Shown here: positions 10,767 to 18,922 of the stretch, in pieces
How the letters are laid out: every line of letters starts with the position of its first letter
Position numbering within the stretch: position 1 is the first letter of the stretch
Origin: Desulfomonilia bacterium
Lineage (GTDB): Bacteria > Desulfobacterota > Desulfomonilia > UBA1062
Length of the DNA stretch: 64,000 nucleotides
Reading direction: 5' to 3'
Assembly (NCBI GenBank): GCA_963664325.2
Contig: CAXXDQ010000003.1
Location: 160,001 to 224,000 of the forward strand
Notes under the pieces: model-generated
The model's database searches: none
What the model was told of the DNA's origin: nothing
Seen by the model: the letters and a program-made list of their open reading frames with translations, nothing else
Position numbers and translations under genes: made by a program

Positions 10767-11567
10767 TTATTTTTTAAAGATCTCTGTGAAAAAAAGCTTC
10801 ATGTGTTCCCAGGAGCGCTTATCCGCAAGCTCATTGTAGGCCACTCCCTTCGAAGGGTCCGAACCCGATGCCGGGTTAGTAAAGCTGTGCACTGCCCCTC
10901 CATAGCTGATCATCTGCCAGTCGACCCCGGCCTTGCGCATCTCATCCTGGAATGCGCTTATCTGCGATGCGGGAACATTCGGGTCATCAGCCCCGTTAAG
11001 GACGAGAACATGCGCCTTGATATTCCGGGCATCAGCCGGGTCGGGAGTATCCAGCGTTCCGTGAAAGCTTACCACGCCTGCGATATCAGCGCCGCTTCTT
11101 GCCAGTTCAAGGACTGTCGTTCCCCCGAAACAGTAACCTATGGCCGCCACCCTGTTTTTATCAGTCATGGGATTGTTCATCAACTCATTCAAACCTGCAT
11201 TTGCCCTTTTTCTCAAAAGGATGCGATCACCGGTTCTCAGTTTCCCGGCCATGGCCCCTGCTTCCTTAGGGTCTTTTGTGGAAAAGCCGTTTCCATACAT
11301 ATCAGCGGCAAATGCCAAATACCCCAGGCCGGCCAATTGTTTTGCACGCATTTTGATATAGTCATTAAGGCCCCACCATTCATGGATGATAAGGACAGCT
11401 GGGCGGGCACCCTTGACGGAATCATCATATGCCAGGTAACCTCTGAGCTCCTGGCTATCCTGCCGGTAGACTATGGTTTCCGTCCGTACAGTTGCCCATG
11501 CCGGAGAACCCGTCATCAGCGACGCTATTGCGGCACCGAAAAGACCGGTTAAAAAAAATCTTTTCAT
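10767..11567 (-). CDS. Exported dienelactone hydrolase family protein
   Basis: Signal peptide from ATG 11567; HEWWG, GYCFGG, GADD and HSFT catalytic motifs. Confidence 0.92.
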   Translation of the reverse strand: MKRFFLTGLFGAAIASLMTGSPAWATVRTETIVYRQDSQELRGYLAYDDSVKGARPAVLIIHEWWGLNDYIKMRAKQLAGLGYLAFAADMYGNGFSTKDPKEAGAMAGKLRTGDRILLRKRANAGLNELMNNPMTDKNRVAAIGYCFGGTTVLELARSGADIAGVVSFHGTLDTPDPADARNIKAHVLVLNGADDPNVPASQISAFQDEMRKAGVDWQMISYGGAVHSFTNPASGSDPSKGVAYNELADKRSWEHMKLFFTEIFKK

Positions 11568-11658
11568 GTTTTTATCTCCTTTTCCGTTTAAAATGAATTC
11601 GCGACATCCCGGGATGAACTTATGAGCCATTCGGTCATGAAAACCCAGATTTGGAATT

Positions 11659-12039
11659 TTATTCAGTTACCATCAGAACGCCGGTCATGTCTTCGTGCCT
11701 TTCGCCGCAATAGACGTCGCAATAAAAAGTAAAGCTTCCTGTTTTTTTCGGAGTGAACCGTATGTTGGTTGTCTTCCCGGGATAGATATCGGCACGCAGA
11801 CCCAAGCCGGGACAATTGAACCCATGCTTGACGTCCAGCGAGGTCAGTTCCAGAACTACCGGAACATCCTTCATGAGTGTAATCTCAGAAGGGATGAATT
11901 CGAAGCGCTTGGCCTGCACCTCAATTACCTGTCCCGAATCCGAATCCTGCGCCAGAACCGGTAACCCTGTCAGAAAGAGGGCGCAAACCATTAGACTCAA
12001 GGTGCTGGCTACGCTGAATCCTGCCTTGTTTTTATGCAT
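11659..12039 (-). CDS. Exported stand-alone cupredoxin with CuA-type motif
   Basis: Signal peptide; DVKHG...CDVYCGERHEDM (H...CxxxCxxxHxxM). Confidence 0.85.
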   Translation of the reverse strand: MHKNKAGFSVASTLSLMVCALFLTGLPVLAQDSDSGQVIEVQAKRFEFIPSEITLMKDVPVVLELTSLDVKHGFNCPGLGLRADIYPGKTTNIRFTPKKTGSFTFYCDVYCGERHEDMTGVLMVTE

Positions 12040-12943
12040 GCTGATCCTCCTTGATCGGAATTTCGCTTATGACACATTGCTGTTTGGTTACCTGATCGTC
12101 TATGCTCCGGAAACCAAGTCCTTTATAGGGCGCGGCCGGGTCCCAGGGAACCGGGGCCTTTTTGGGCACGGAACCAGGTGCGGGCAGCGGGTACATCAGG
12201 CCGCGTGCGGCATGGTGCGCAATATGGCCGGTCATATCGTGATGCTCCTGATGGATATGGCCGTAAAAGACTGTTACGTTCGGAAAAGGCATCAACAATT
12301 CAACGGCTCTGGCTCCGTCCGGAGTGGCCCATTCCCATTGCGGGTACAGGTCAAAGAGAGGGCGGTGCGTAAGGACAATGATCTGGGAGGTCCTGTCGAT
12401 TTTCCTAGTCTCCCGGCCCAGCCATTCCAGCTGGGCGTCACCGAGGCTCCCGCGCGGGTCCGAGACATTATCCAGGACTATGAAATGAACCCCCTTGTGG
12501 TCAAAGGAATAGTGGGTCTGGCCCAGGATTTCCTGATAGGCGGCGCCGTTATCCGCCGCGGCGTCATGTTCACCGGGCAGGAATTTGATCGTATCCTGCT
12601 TGAGGGTCTTGGTGATGTCACGGAATTCCGACAGCCTCCGTCTTCTCTCGGCAGGATCATCCGTGGAGTGGGTCAGATCTCCGGTAAAGACGATAAAGTC
12701 AGGTTGTGTTTTAAGGTTATTGACAATGGATATGGCCTTCTTGAGCGTACCGGTCGCATCGGGGTTGATGGCCGGACCACTGAAACCCCAGTGGGTGTCG
12801 GACATCTGGACAAAAGAGAAGTCATCGTCAACCTTCATACCCCCATAGGCAAAGGCCCGGGAGCCGATACTGGACAAGCTTATAAGACTGACCCCGCTGA
12901 TGCCGATCAGGCCGAGAAACTCCCTCCTGTTGATTTCTTTCAT
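12032..12943 (-). CDS. Tat-exported calcineurin-like metallophosphoesterase
   Basis: NRREFL Tat motif; SDTH, TGD, PGEHD, THRP and GHIH motifs. Confidence 0.9.
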   Translation of the reverse strand: MKEINRREFLGLIGISGVSLISLSSIGSRAFAYGGMKVDDDFSFVQMSDTHWGFSGPAINPDATGTLKKAISIVNNLKTQPDFIVFTGDLTHSTDDPAERRRRLSEFRDITKTLKQDTIKFLPGEHDAAADNGAAYQEILGQTHYSFDHKGVHFIVLDNVSDPRGSLGDAQLEWLGRETRKIDRTSQIIVLTHRPLFDLYPQWEWATPDGARAVELLMPFPNVTVFYGHIHQEHHDMTGHIAHHAARGLMYPLPAPGSVPKKAPVPWDPAAPYKGLGFRSIDDQVTKQQCVISEIPIKEDQHA

Positions 12944-13031
12944 TTCATGTACCTCCTTTCTTTCCTGTTACGGACTTAAGCAGCTGCAGGAAATCATGGC
13001 ACTTGTCATCGGCCTGATTTGGGCAGCTAAG

Positions 13032-13343
13032 CTATTTAACAACCAGTTCGTTCCTGACCTGTGCAACACCGGCAATGCCGCGGGCAACCTTCTCAGCCTT
13101 TTTCACTTTTTGCTCCGAATCGACAAAGCCGCTGAGAAGAACGACCCCTTTGTATGTTACAACATCGATCTGAAATATTTTCAGTGACGGTTCGGCCAGA
13201 ATCGCAGCTTGTACCTTGGCGGTGATGACAGAGTCGTCGACATACTGCCCGGTGCTTTCTGTCTTTTGCGTAGCTGCACAGCCGATGGATACTGATAAAA
13301 GAATTAAACATATGACTGGCGTAATAATCCTGCTTCTATTCAT
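13032..13343 (-). CDS. BON-domain lipoprotein (OsmY-like)
   Basis: Lipobox SIGC; GQYVDDSVITAKV, GVVLLSGFV and GVAQVRNEL motifs. Confidence 0.93.
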   Translation of the reverse strand: MNRSRIITPVICLILLSVSIGCAATQKTESTGQYVDDSVITAKVQAAILAEPSLKIFQIDVVTYKGVVLLSGFVDSEQKVKKAEKVARGIAGVAQVRNELVVK

Positions 13344-13405
13344 CGTATTTATCCTTTTGTTTTTTTATTAAGACATCTTTATCAGGGTGCCGCGCAATTT
13401 ATGCA

Positions 13406-13444
13406 ATAAGGGTTATCCTGATTTGTTGCTTCAAAAAACCTGAC
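13406..13444 (-). promoter_or_regulatory. Island operator copy 2 (upstream of BON gene and downstream cluster)
   Basis: Minus strand: GTCAGGTTTTTTGAAGCAACAA-ATCAGG-ATAAC-CCTTAT-TG. Confidence 0.8.
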
Positions 13445-13631
13445 GAGAAAAAACGGAAGGGAAACTCTAAAAAGATCCGAACCGGTCTGTTCATGACCAT
13501 TTTTAAAGTTCGTTCCCTCAAATATACCGATAATGACTAGTCGCCCGGGATGGCCGGACTATTATTTAGCCAGACCCCAAAATAAATTCGGGTAACGTGA
13601 TCATAGTTTGATGATTCAGCGCAGTCGGCGC

Positions 13632-13670
13632 ATAAGGTTTTTCGAAGGCATAAATCATGTTTTCCCTGAT
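13632..13670 (+). promoter_or_regulatory. Island operator copy 3 (upstream of candidate sRNA)
   Basis: ATAAGGTTTTTCGAAGGCATAA-ATCATG-TTTTC-CCTGAT-AG; TATATT at 13694-13699 is a possible -10. Confidence 0.7.
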
Positions 13671-13704
13671 AGAGGTAATTCTCTTAATACGTTTATATTT
13701 CTAA

Positions 13705-13790
13705 GCGAAATGATGAATAGTATTTACCTGTTCATCATTTACACATCAATAACTCCTCTTTAAACAGGCCCCCTCTGGCCTGTTTTTTTT
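13705..13790 (+). ncRNA. Candidate small regulatory RNA (~85 nt)
   Basis: Lies downstream of an operator copy; 13-bp hairpin 13708-13740, unpaired linker containing ACUCCUCU, then an intrinsic terminator; no track ORF here. Confidence 0.5.
13762..13790 (+). terminator. Rho-independent terminator
   Basis: AAACAGGCC-CCCTCT-GGCCTGTTT with a T8 run on the + strand. Confidence 0.8.
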
Positions 13791-13894
13791 ATATTCCAGA
13801 TATTTTCAGGGTCTCGCTGGTCAGGGGGTGTATGTTCAACATATGAATCGTATTGTTGAAAATCGGATGCCAGCTGATACACTTAAAGACAGTC

Positions 13895-16423
13895 CTAGAA
13901 ATTTACCATTTTGTAAAAGACCCGTTTTGCCAGTTCCGCGCATAATATGTAGCTTATTACAATCATGAGCAGCATGACAAAGAATTGGACAGGCAGCACT
14001 TTGAATCCGAACAGCGCAGCAAGCTGCGTGAACGGCAGAATCAGCGCAAGCGCCGCGATAATGCCAGTGGCAACCGCCAGATAGCGTCCGGGTGGACTCT
14101 TGAAAAATGGTCTGCGGCTTCTTATCACGAGCACGATCAGGGCGGCCGATATTACAGATTCCATGAACCATCCTGTCTGGAACTGCTCGGGGCTGGCATG
14201 AAGTATCCACAGCAATGCGCCGAAGGTCAGATAATCAAAGACAGAACTCAACAAACCAAAGACGAGCATGAATTTTTTTATAAAGCCTATATTCCACCTT
14301 CTTGGAACTTCCAGCAGTTCGGCATCCACGCTGTCAGTGGCGATAGTCATTTCAGGAAAGTCGGTCATCAGATTTGTGAGAAGTATCTGCTTCGGCAGGA
14401 GAGGCAGAAACGGCAGGATCAGAGATGCTCCCGCCATGCTGAACATGTTTCCGAAATTGGCGCTGGTGGCCATGAAGACATACTTGAGCGTGTTTGCAAA
14501 AGTCCGGCGGCCCTCGATCACACCCTGAAGCAGCACCTTCAGGTCGTTTTCCAGAAGCACGATGTCCGAGGCCTCTTTCGCGACATCCACCGCACTGTCA
14601 ACCGAGATTCCCACATCAGCGGTGTGAAGGGCTGATGCATCATTGATCCCGTCACCCAGATATCCCACCACGCTGCCTGATTTTTTCAGGGCATGTATTA
14701 TCCTTTCCTTCTGGTTGGGCTCTATCTCGGCGAAGATGTCAATTGAGGGCGACATGCGTATCAGGGCCTCATCGCTCATGTCATGCATGTCCGAGCCCGT
14801 AAGAATCCTGGTTGCAGACAGGCCTGTCTGGATCCCGACACTTGCCGCCACGAGTCTGTTATCGCCCGTGATTATCTTAAGCGCTACTCCCAGCTTTTCG
14901 AGTTCCTTGACAGTATCGCCGACGCCTTCCTTGGGCGGATCATCAAAGACGATAAATCCCATAAATGTCATATCTTTTTCATCAGCCTTGCTGATCGACC
15001 GAGCACTGGAGAATTCTTTAACGGCAATTCCGAGTGTGCGCAGTCCCTGGGCGCTGTATTCGGCAAAGCGTCGGTCTATTTCAGGCCTTAAGCTTGAGAT
15101 ATCCATTATATCTCCGCTGTCGCCTTCCGCGTTCGAACAGGCATCGATGACGTTTGCAAAAGCGCCCTTGGTTATCATGGTGTAAGTGGATTTATCACCT
15201 ACGAGGATGCTGAGCCGTTTGCGCAGGAAATCATATGGTATCTCGTCCAGCTTATTCTCTTTGAGGATGTCGATGCCTTTTATATCCTTGATCGCCTGGT
15301 CAATCGGGTTGTTGAACCCGGTCTCAAAGGCTGCGTTCAGGTAGGCAAGTCTCTTCACCTTTTCGCTTGCGCCTCCGTGAATGTCAAAGGCGCCCTCGAG
15401 CCTTACCCTGCCCCGGGTGAGCGTGCCTGTTTTGTCTGAGCACAGGATGTTCATGCTGCCGAAGTTTTCTATGGAATTCAGCTTCTTTACAATCACTTTC
15501 AGTCCGGCCATGCGCCTTGCGCCATGGGAAAGATTGATGCTTATTATGGCCGGCAGCAGCTGCGGCGTCAGGCCTACGGCCAGTGCCATCGAGAAGAGCA
15601 ATGATTCCAGTACCGGGCGCTTGAGGAAGACGTTGACCGCAAAGATTGCTATGACTAGGATAAGCGTCACCTCCATGAGCAGGTATCCGAAACGCCTCAC
15701 CCCCCGTTCGAATTCGGTTTCTTCGGGCCTGAGTTTCAGACGGTCTGAAATCTTTCCGAATTCGGTGCGTACTCCGGTGTTTACCACAAGGGCTTTCGCC
15801 CAACCGCTGACGGTATTCGTCCCCATCCATAAGGCATTCAAGCGCCCGGCAAACGGGGCTTCGGCATCAGTAACCCCATGCACTTTTTCAACAGGATAGG
15901 TTTCCCCGGTCAAAGAAGCCTCATTGACATAAAGATCCCTTGATTCGATTATCAGGCAATCACCGGGGATGATGTCCCCCGCCCTTAACAGGATGACATC
16001 GCCGGGGACTATCTGCTCGAGGGGTATTTCGGATTCGGCGCCATCCCTTATAACGTCGGCCTTTACCTGGACCATGGACAGAAGCTTTTTTACTGCATTT
16101 GCAGCCCCTTTTTCCTGCCAGAATCCCAGCAGGCCGCTTATGATAACGATTACCAATATGATGACGCTGTCTGTCGAATCATGGAGGATTGATGATATTG
16201 CTGCGGCAAAAAGCAATATCAGGATAATGGGGCTTTTAAACTGTGAGACAAGTAGTGTTACCGCGCTATCCGACCTTGCAGGTTTGAGCAGGTTGGGTCC
16301 CTCCGTATTAAGGCGGGAAGATGCTTCCTGGCCTGTGAGGCCGTTTTCGGATGATCCGGCAAGGATTATTGCCTGTTCTGCGGGGATACTCCAGTATGGC
16401 TTGTCTTTAATGCCTTCGAGCAT
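13895..16423 (-). CDS. mgtA: Magnesium-translocating P-type ATPase
   Basis: LTGET, AVGLTPQLLP, CSDKTGTLT, GDGIND and SANFGNMFS (MgtA-type) motifs. Confidence 0.92.
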   Translation of the reverse strand: MLEGIKDKPYWSIPAEQAIILAGSSENGLTGQEASSRLNTEGPNLLKPARSDSAVTLLVSQFKSPIILILLFAAAISSILHDSTDSVIILVIVIISGLLGFWQEKGAANAVKKLLSMVQVKADVIRDGAESEIPLEQIVPGDVILLRAGDIIPGDCLIIESRDLYVNEASLTGETYPVEKVHGVTDAEAPFAGRLNALWMGTNTVSGWAKALVVNTGVRTEFGKISDRLKLRPEETEFERGVRRFGYLLMEVTLILVIAIFAVNVFLKRPVLESLLFSMALAVGLTPQLLPAIISINLSHGARRMAGLKVIVKKLNSIENFGSMNILCSDKTGTLTRGRVRLEGAFDIHGGASEKVKRLAYLNAAFETGFNNPIDQAIKDIKGIDILKENKLDEIPYDFLRKRLSILVGDKSTYTMITKGAFANVIDACSNAEGDSGDIMDISSLRPEIDRRFAEYSAQGLRTLGIAVKEFSSARSISKADEKDMTFMGFIVFDDPPKEGVGDTVKELEKLGVALKIITGDNRLVAASVGIQTGLSATRILTGSDMHDMSDEALIRMSPSIDIFAEIEPNQKERIIHALKKSGSVVGYLGDGINDASALHTADVGISVDSAVDVAKEASDIVLLENDLKVLLQGVIEGRRTFANTLKYVFMATSANFGNMFSMAGASLILPFLPLLPKQILLTNLMTDFPEMTIATDSVDAELLEVPRRWNIGFIKKFMLVFGLLSSVFDYLTFGALLWILHASPEQFQTGWFMESVISAALIVLVIRSRRPFFKSPPGRYLAVATGIIAALALILPFTQLAALFGFKVLPVQFFVMLLMIVISYILCAELAKRVFYKMVNF

Positions 16424-16522
16424 TCAATATCCAGTCAAACGTTTAGATGGTATGGCAGTTCTGATTGCTGCAGGTATTTATCTCCTCATATCATTATTGC
16501 AATGAATAATTAAGTACAAACA

Positions 16523-16561
16523 ATCAGGCATTACCTGATTCCGGGCATAAAAATATTTTAA
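16523..16561 (-). promoter_or_regulatory. Island operator copy 4 (upstream of mgtA)
   Basis: Perfect palindrome AATCAGG-CATTA-CCTGATT at 16522-16540; distal element degenerate. Confidence 0.75.
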
Positions 16562-16899
16562 ATATTTTTCCTGTGATAATGGATTATGTCATCAACTCCG
16601 TTCACATCATAATGGGTGAATTTGATTCCAATGCCTTTTTCGTTTGTGCGAACCACATGTCCGTGCACCCATGCGATCTTGCCGTATTGCTCAATATTCA
16701 GATCGGCCTGGATATGTTCTCCCGCATTATGTTTGAATTGTGATTCCAGGAACATTCCGCCGAAGCTGATGTCCCGCACTAACCCCGGATGATCATTTTC
16801 AGATCCGCTTCTGTAGCGTGCGGGAACGTTGACTTTATTCCTTTCGAATTCCCGCTTTTCCGTTAAATTCCCACTGTCGTCGTCTCCTTTGCGTTTCAT
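16558..16899 (-). CDS. Single-domain PilZ protein
   Basis: RxxxR (REFER) and DxSxGG (DISFGG) c-di-GMP-binding motifs. Confidence 0.88.
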   Translation of the reverse strand: MKRKGDDDSGNLTEKREFERNKVNVPARYRSGSENDHPGLVRDISFGGMFLESQFKHNAGEHIQADLNIEQYGKIAWVHGHVVRTNEKGIGIKFTHYDVNGVDDIIHYHRKNI

Positions 16900-16925
16900 T
16901 ATACCCTCCTTGTTTTTGATGTTGG

Positions 16926-17522
16926 CTATTCTGACCTGTTCTTCGTACTTCTCCTGATCACGGTACCTGTTGATAGCAGCCCAAGGCCCAAAAGAAGGAG
17001 CGTGGAAGGTTCTGGAACCGGAGCAGGTTCAGGGACCGGGTCCTGGCAGGAGTTATAGTTGAGTCTAAAGGAGGAACGGTCCAGGTAGAAATCTCCTCCG
17101 AGCGAAGCCAGCGTTACGAACAGAGAGCCGTTATTGAATATGACATTGCAGCTGTAAACCCCGGGTTCGACATCCCCGGTCGCATATAGCCCGGAACCGG
17201 GAAAATCGAGAGAAATTTCAGGACTGTCAAACCTCTGGTTGCCGGCATCATGAAAGCTCAGTGATAAAGTCCCGTTAACGTAAGCCGGACCGGCCTGCGG
17301 ATCGAAGCTTAGAGCATGAGACCATCGTAAATAATCTCCAAAGCCGTCAAGACCGTTAACAGATCCATAGCCATAAGATAATAAAGTTCCCATGCCCTGG
17401 CCTGTTGATATTGCATCACTGCTTGAAAATGTAAGTGCATTCGAATAGGTTATGGGTGCGGAGAATGAGGCGGAAGCAAGTATTAAAACCAGTAAAACCG
17501 CCAGTATTAATTTCAGTTTCAT
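16926..17522 (-). CDS. PEP-CTERM sorting-domain surface protein
   Basis: Signal peptide from ATG 17522; C-terminal PVPEPAPVPEPSTLLLLGLGLL...RR. Confidence 0.9.
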   Translation of the reverse strand: MKLKLILAVLLVLILASASFSAPITYSNALTFSSSDAISTGQGMGTLLSYGYGSVNGLDGFGDYLRWSHALSFDPQAGPAYVNGTLSLSFHDAGNQRFDSPEISLDFPGSGLYATGDVEPGVYSCNVIFNNGSLFVTLASLGGDFYLDRSSFRLNYNSCQDPVPEPAPVPEPSTLLLLGLGLLSTGTVIRRSTKNRSE

Positions 17523-17615
17523 GTTATCCCCCTTTACTTTTCTTTGAAGATATCTAATCAGTGACATAAACCCCTTTTATAGCCAGCATAATCAATTTTT
17601 TCCCGGTTTTTCACA

Positions 17616-17654
17616 ATCAGGCAAAACCTTAATTTATTCCTCTAAATTCCTGAT
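17616..17654 (-). promoter_or_regulatory. Island operator copy 5 (upstream of PEP-CTERM/PilZ)
   Basis: Minus strand: ATCAGGAATTTAGAGGAATAAA-TTAAGG-TTTTG-CCTGAT-TG. Confidence 0.75.
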
Positions 17655-17675
17655 AGGAAGGGCTGAAAGGAGCTC

Positions 17676-17771
17676 TTAGAACTGCACCCAATGCCCGAGG
17701 AAGAAGAAGAATATTATTGCTATGACATGAAGAACCCACCAGTTGGGGGTCAGCCATTTAAATCTGTTCAT
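17676..17771 (-). CDS. 31-aa membrane peptide MNRFKWLTPNWWVLHVIAIIFFFFLGHWVQF (not in ORF track)
   Basis: ATGA overlap with the upstream stop, GGAGG 5 nt before the ATG, one hydrophobic helix, and similarity to the C-terminus of the upstream protein. Confidence 0.75.
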   Translation of the reverse strand: MNRFKWLTPNWWVLHVIAIIFFFFLGHWVQF

Positions 17772-18271
17772 AATTGCCTCCAGAGCAGATGGCCAAGGGT
17801 ATAAACAGCGCTTATTGCCGCCAGGTGCACAAGCCACCAGCCAATGTTGGGATAACGGTATGTAACGCCTTTTTTCTCCTTGTCCACGGCGTATCCGAAT
17901 GTTTCCAGGTCGAAGAGGGCCTTGCCTATAAAGAAGTTGGTCCAGAGGATCAGATTGTCGGAAAGCAGCGTCTGAACAATTACTGTCGCGAAAGTCGCAG
18001 GCTGCGGCCAGTTTGCAATTGAAAAATGGGTCATCAGGACCGTGCCGATGATGGTCAGCATTCCGTTTAACACATAGCCGTACTGGACCGTTTTCTTTGC
18101 TGAAAAAAGCACGGGGACCACAACGACGCTCAGTATGCCGATAATCAGAGGGATTATGTTAGCGGTATTATTTGATATGGAATGAATTCTCAGGTGCAGC
18201 AGGAATCCCCCCAGGGAAATACTTACAAGTGCGGCGAGCAGGGTCGATTTTGTATAAGTCCTCAGGGTCAT
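17768..18271 (-). CDS. Multi-TM membrane protein with intramembrane His residues, function unknown
   Basis: About 4-5 hydrophobic segments; AAGGAGG RBS; 15 nt downstream of iscU. Confidence 0.8.
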   Translation of the reverse strand: MTLRTYTKSTLLAALVSISLGGFLLHLRIHSISNNTANIIPLIIGILSVVVVPVLFSAKKTVQYGYVLNGMLTIIGTVLMTHFSIANWPQPATFATVIVQTLLSDNLILWTNFFIGKALFDLETFGYAVDKEKKGVTYRYPNIGWWLVHLAAISAVYTLGHLLWRQL

Positions 18272-18286
18272 TTACGCCTCCTTTCA

Positions 18287-18922
18287 TTACTCCGTGAACT
18301 TCACCTCTACGGATTTCACGTCCCAAAGAGGTTCAATCTTATCCATTATTTCCTGAGTGATATTGGCTGCAAACTGGTGATTTGCAGGAAGGTCGATGGT
18401 TACCAGCACCACCCCGTCTTTAATGCTGATGTCATTCACAAGATTCGTTCTCACAAGGTCCAGACCGGACAGGGGATTCATGACTTTTTTCAGGCGCTTT
18501 TTAACCGTCTCTACTGTTGTTGGAACCTTTTCACTAATCTTGCCGTTCAGCTCTTCATAATTCTGAATAGCCGAACGCAGTCCTTCAACGGCCAGAACAG
18601 AACAATGCGCCTTTATCGGCGGCAGCCCGCCCAGGGCATCGGCAGCCTGTTCCCATGTGATCTTTTTGGCCTCTTCAATGGTTTTACCTTTGGCGAGGTC
18701 GGTGATAATGGAGCCAGTAGCGATATTCGAGGCGCAGCCGTATGATTCGAATTTGACATCCTCGATGCGCTTACCGGTCTTGTCAACCTTTATGCTGACC
18801 GAAACCATGTCGCCGCAGGCGGGGCTGCCCTCTATGGCCTTTCCGTCAGGGTTTTCTATCTGCCCCACGTTGTGCGGGTGTTTGAAATGCTCAAGTACTT
18901 TTTCATTATACGGGAACTTCAT
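18287..18922 (-). CDS. iscU: IscU/NifU-N Fe-S scaffold fused to a C-terminal DUF59-like domain
   Basis: PACGD, YGC and LPPIKAHC motifs (three Cys plus Asp); the C-terminal ~70 aa (VMNPLSGLDLV...V-V-I) resemble DUF59. Confidence 0.88.
   Translation of the reverse strand: MKFPYNEKVLEHFKHPHNVGQIENPDGKAIEGSPACGDMVSVSIKVDKTGKRIEDVKFESYGCASNIATGSIITDLAKGKTIEEAKKITWEQAADALGGLPPIKAHCSVLAVEGLRSAIQNYEELNGKISEKVPTTVETVKKRLKKVMNPLSGLDLVRTNLVNDISIKDGVVLVTIDLPANHQFAANITQEIMDKIEPLWDVKSVEVKFTE

Noticed and set aside
11816-12979. 387-aa + strand ORF, and similar long antisense ORFs at 10746-11552 and 39612-40595
   Set aside because: Shadow ORFs opposite genes with clear family motifs.
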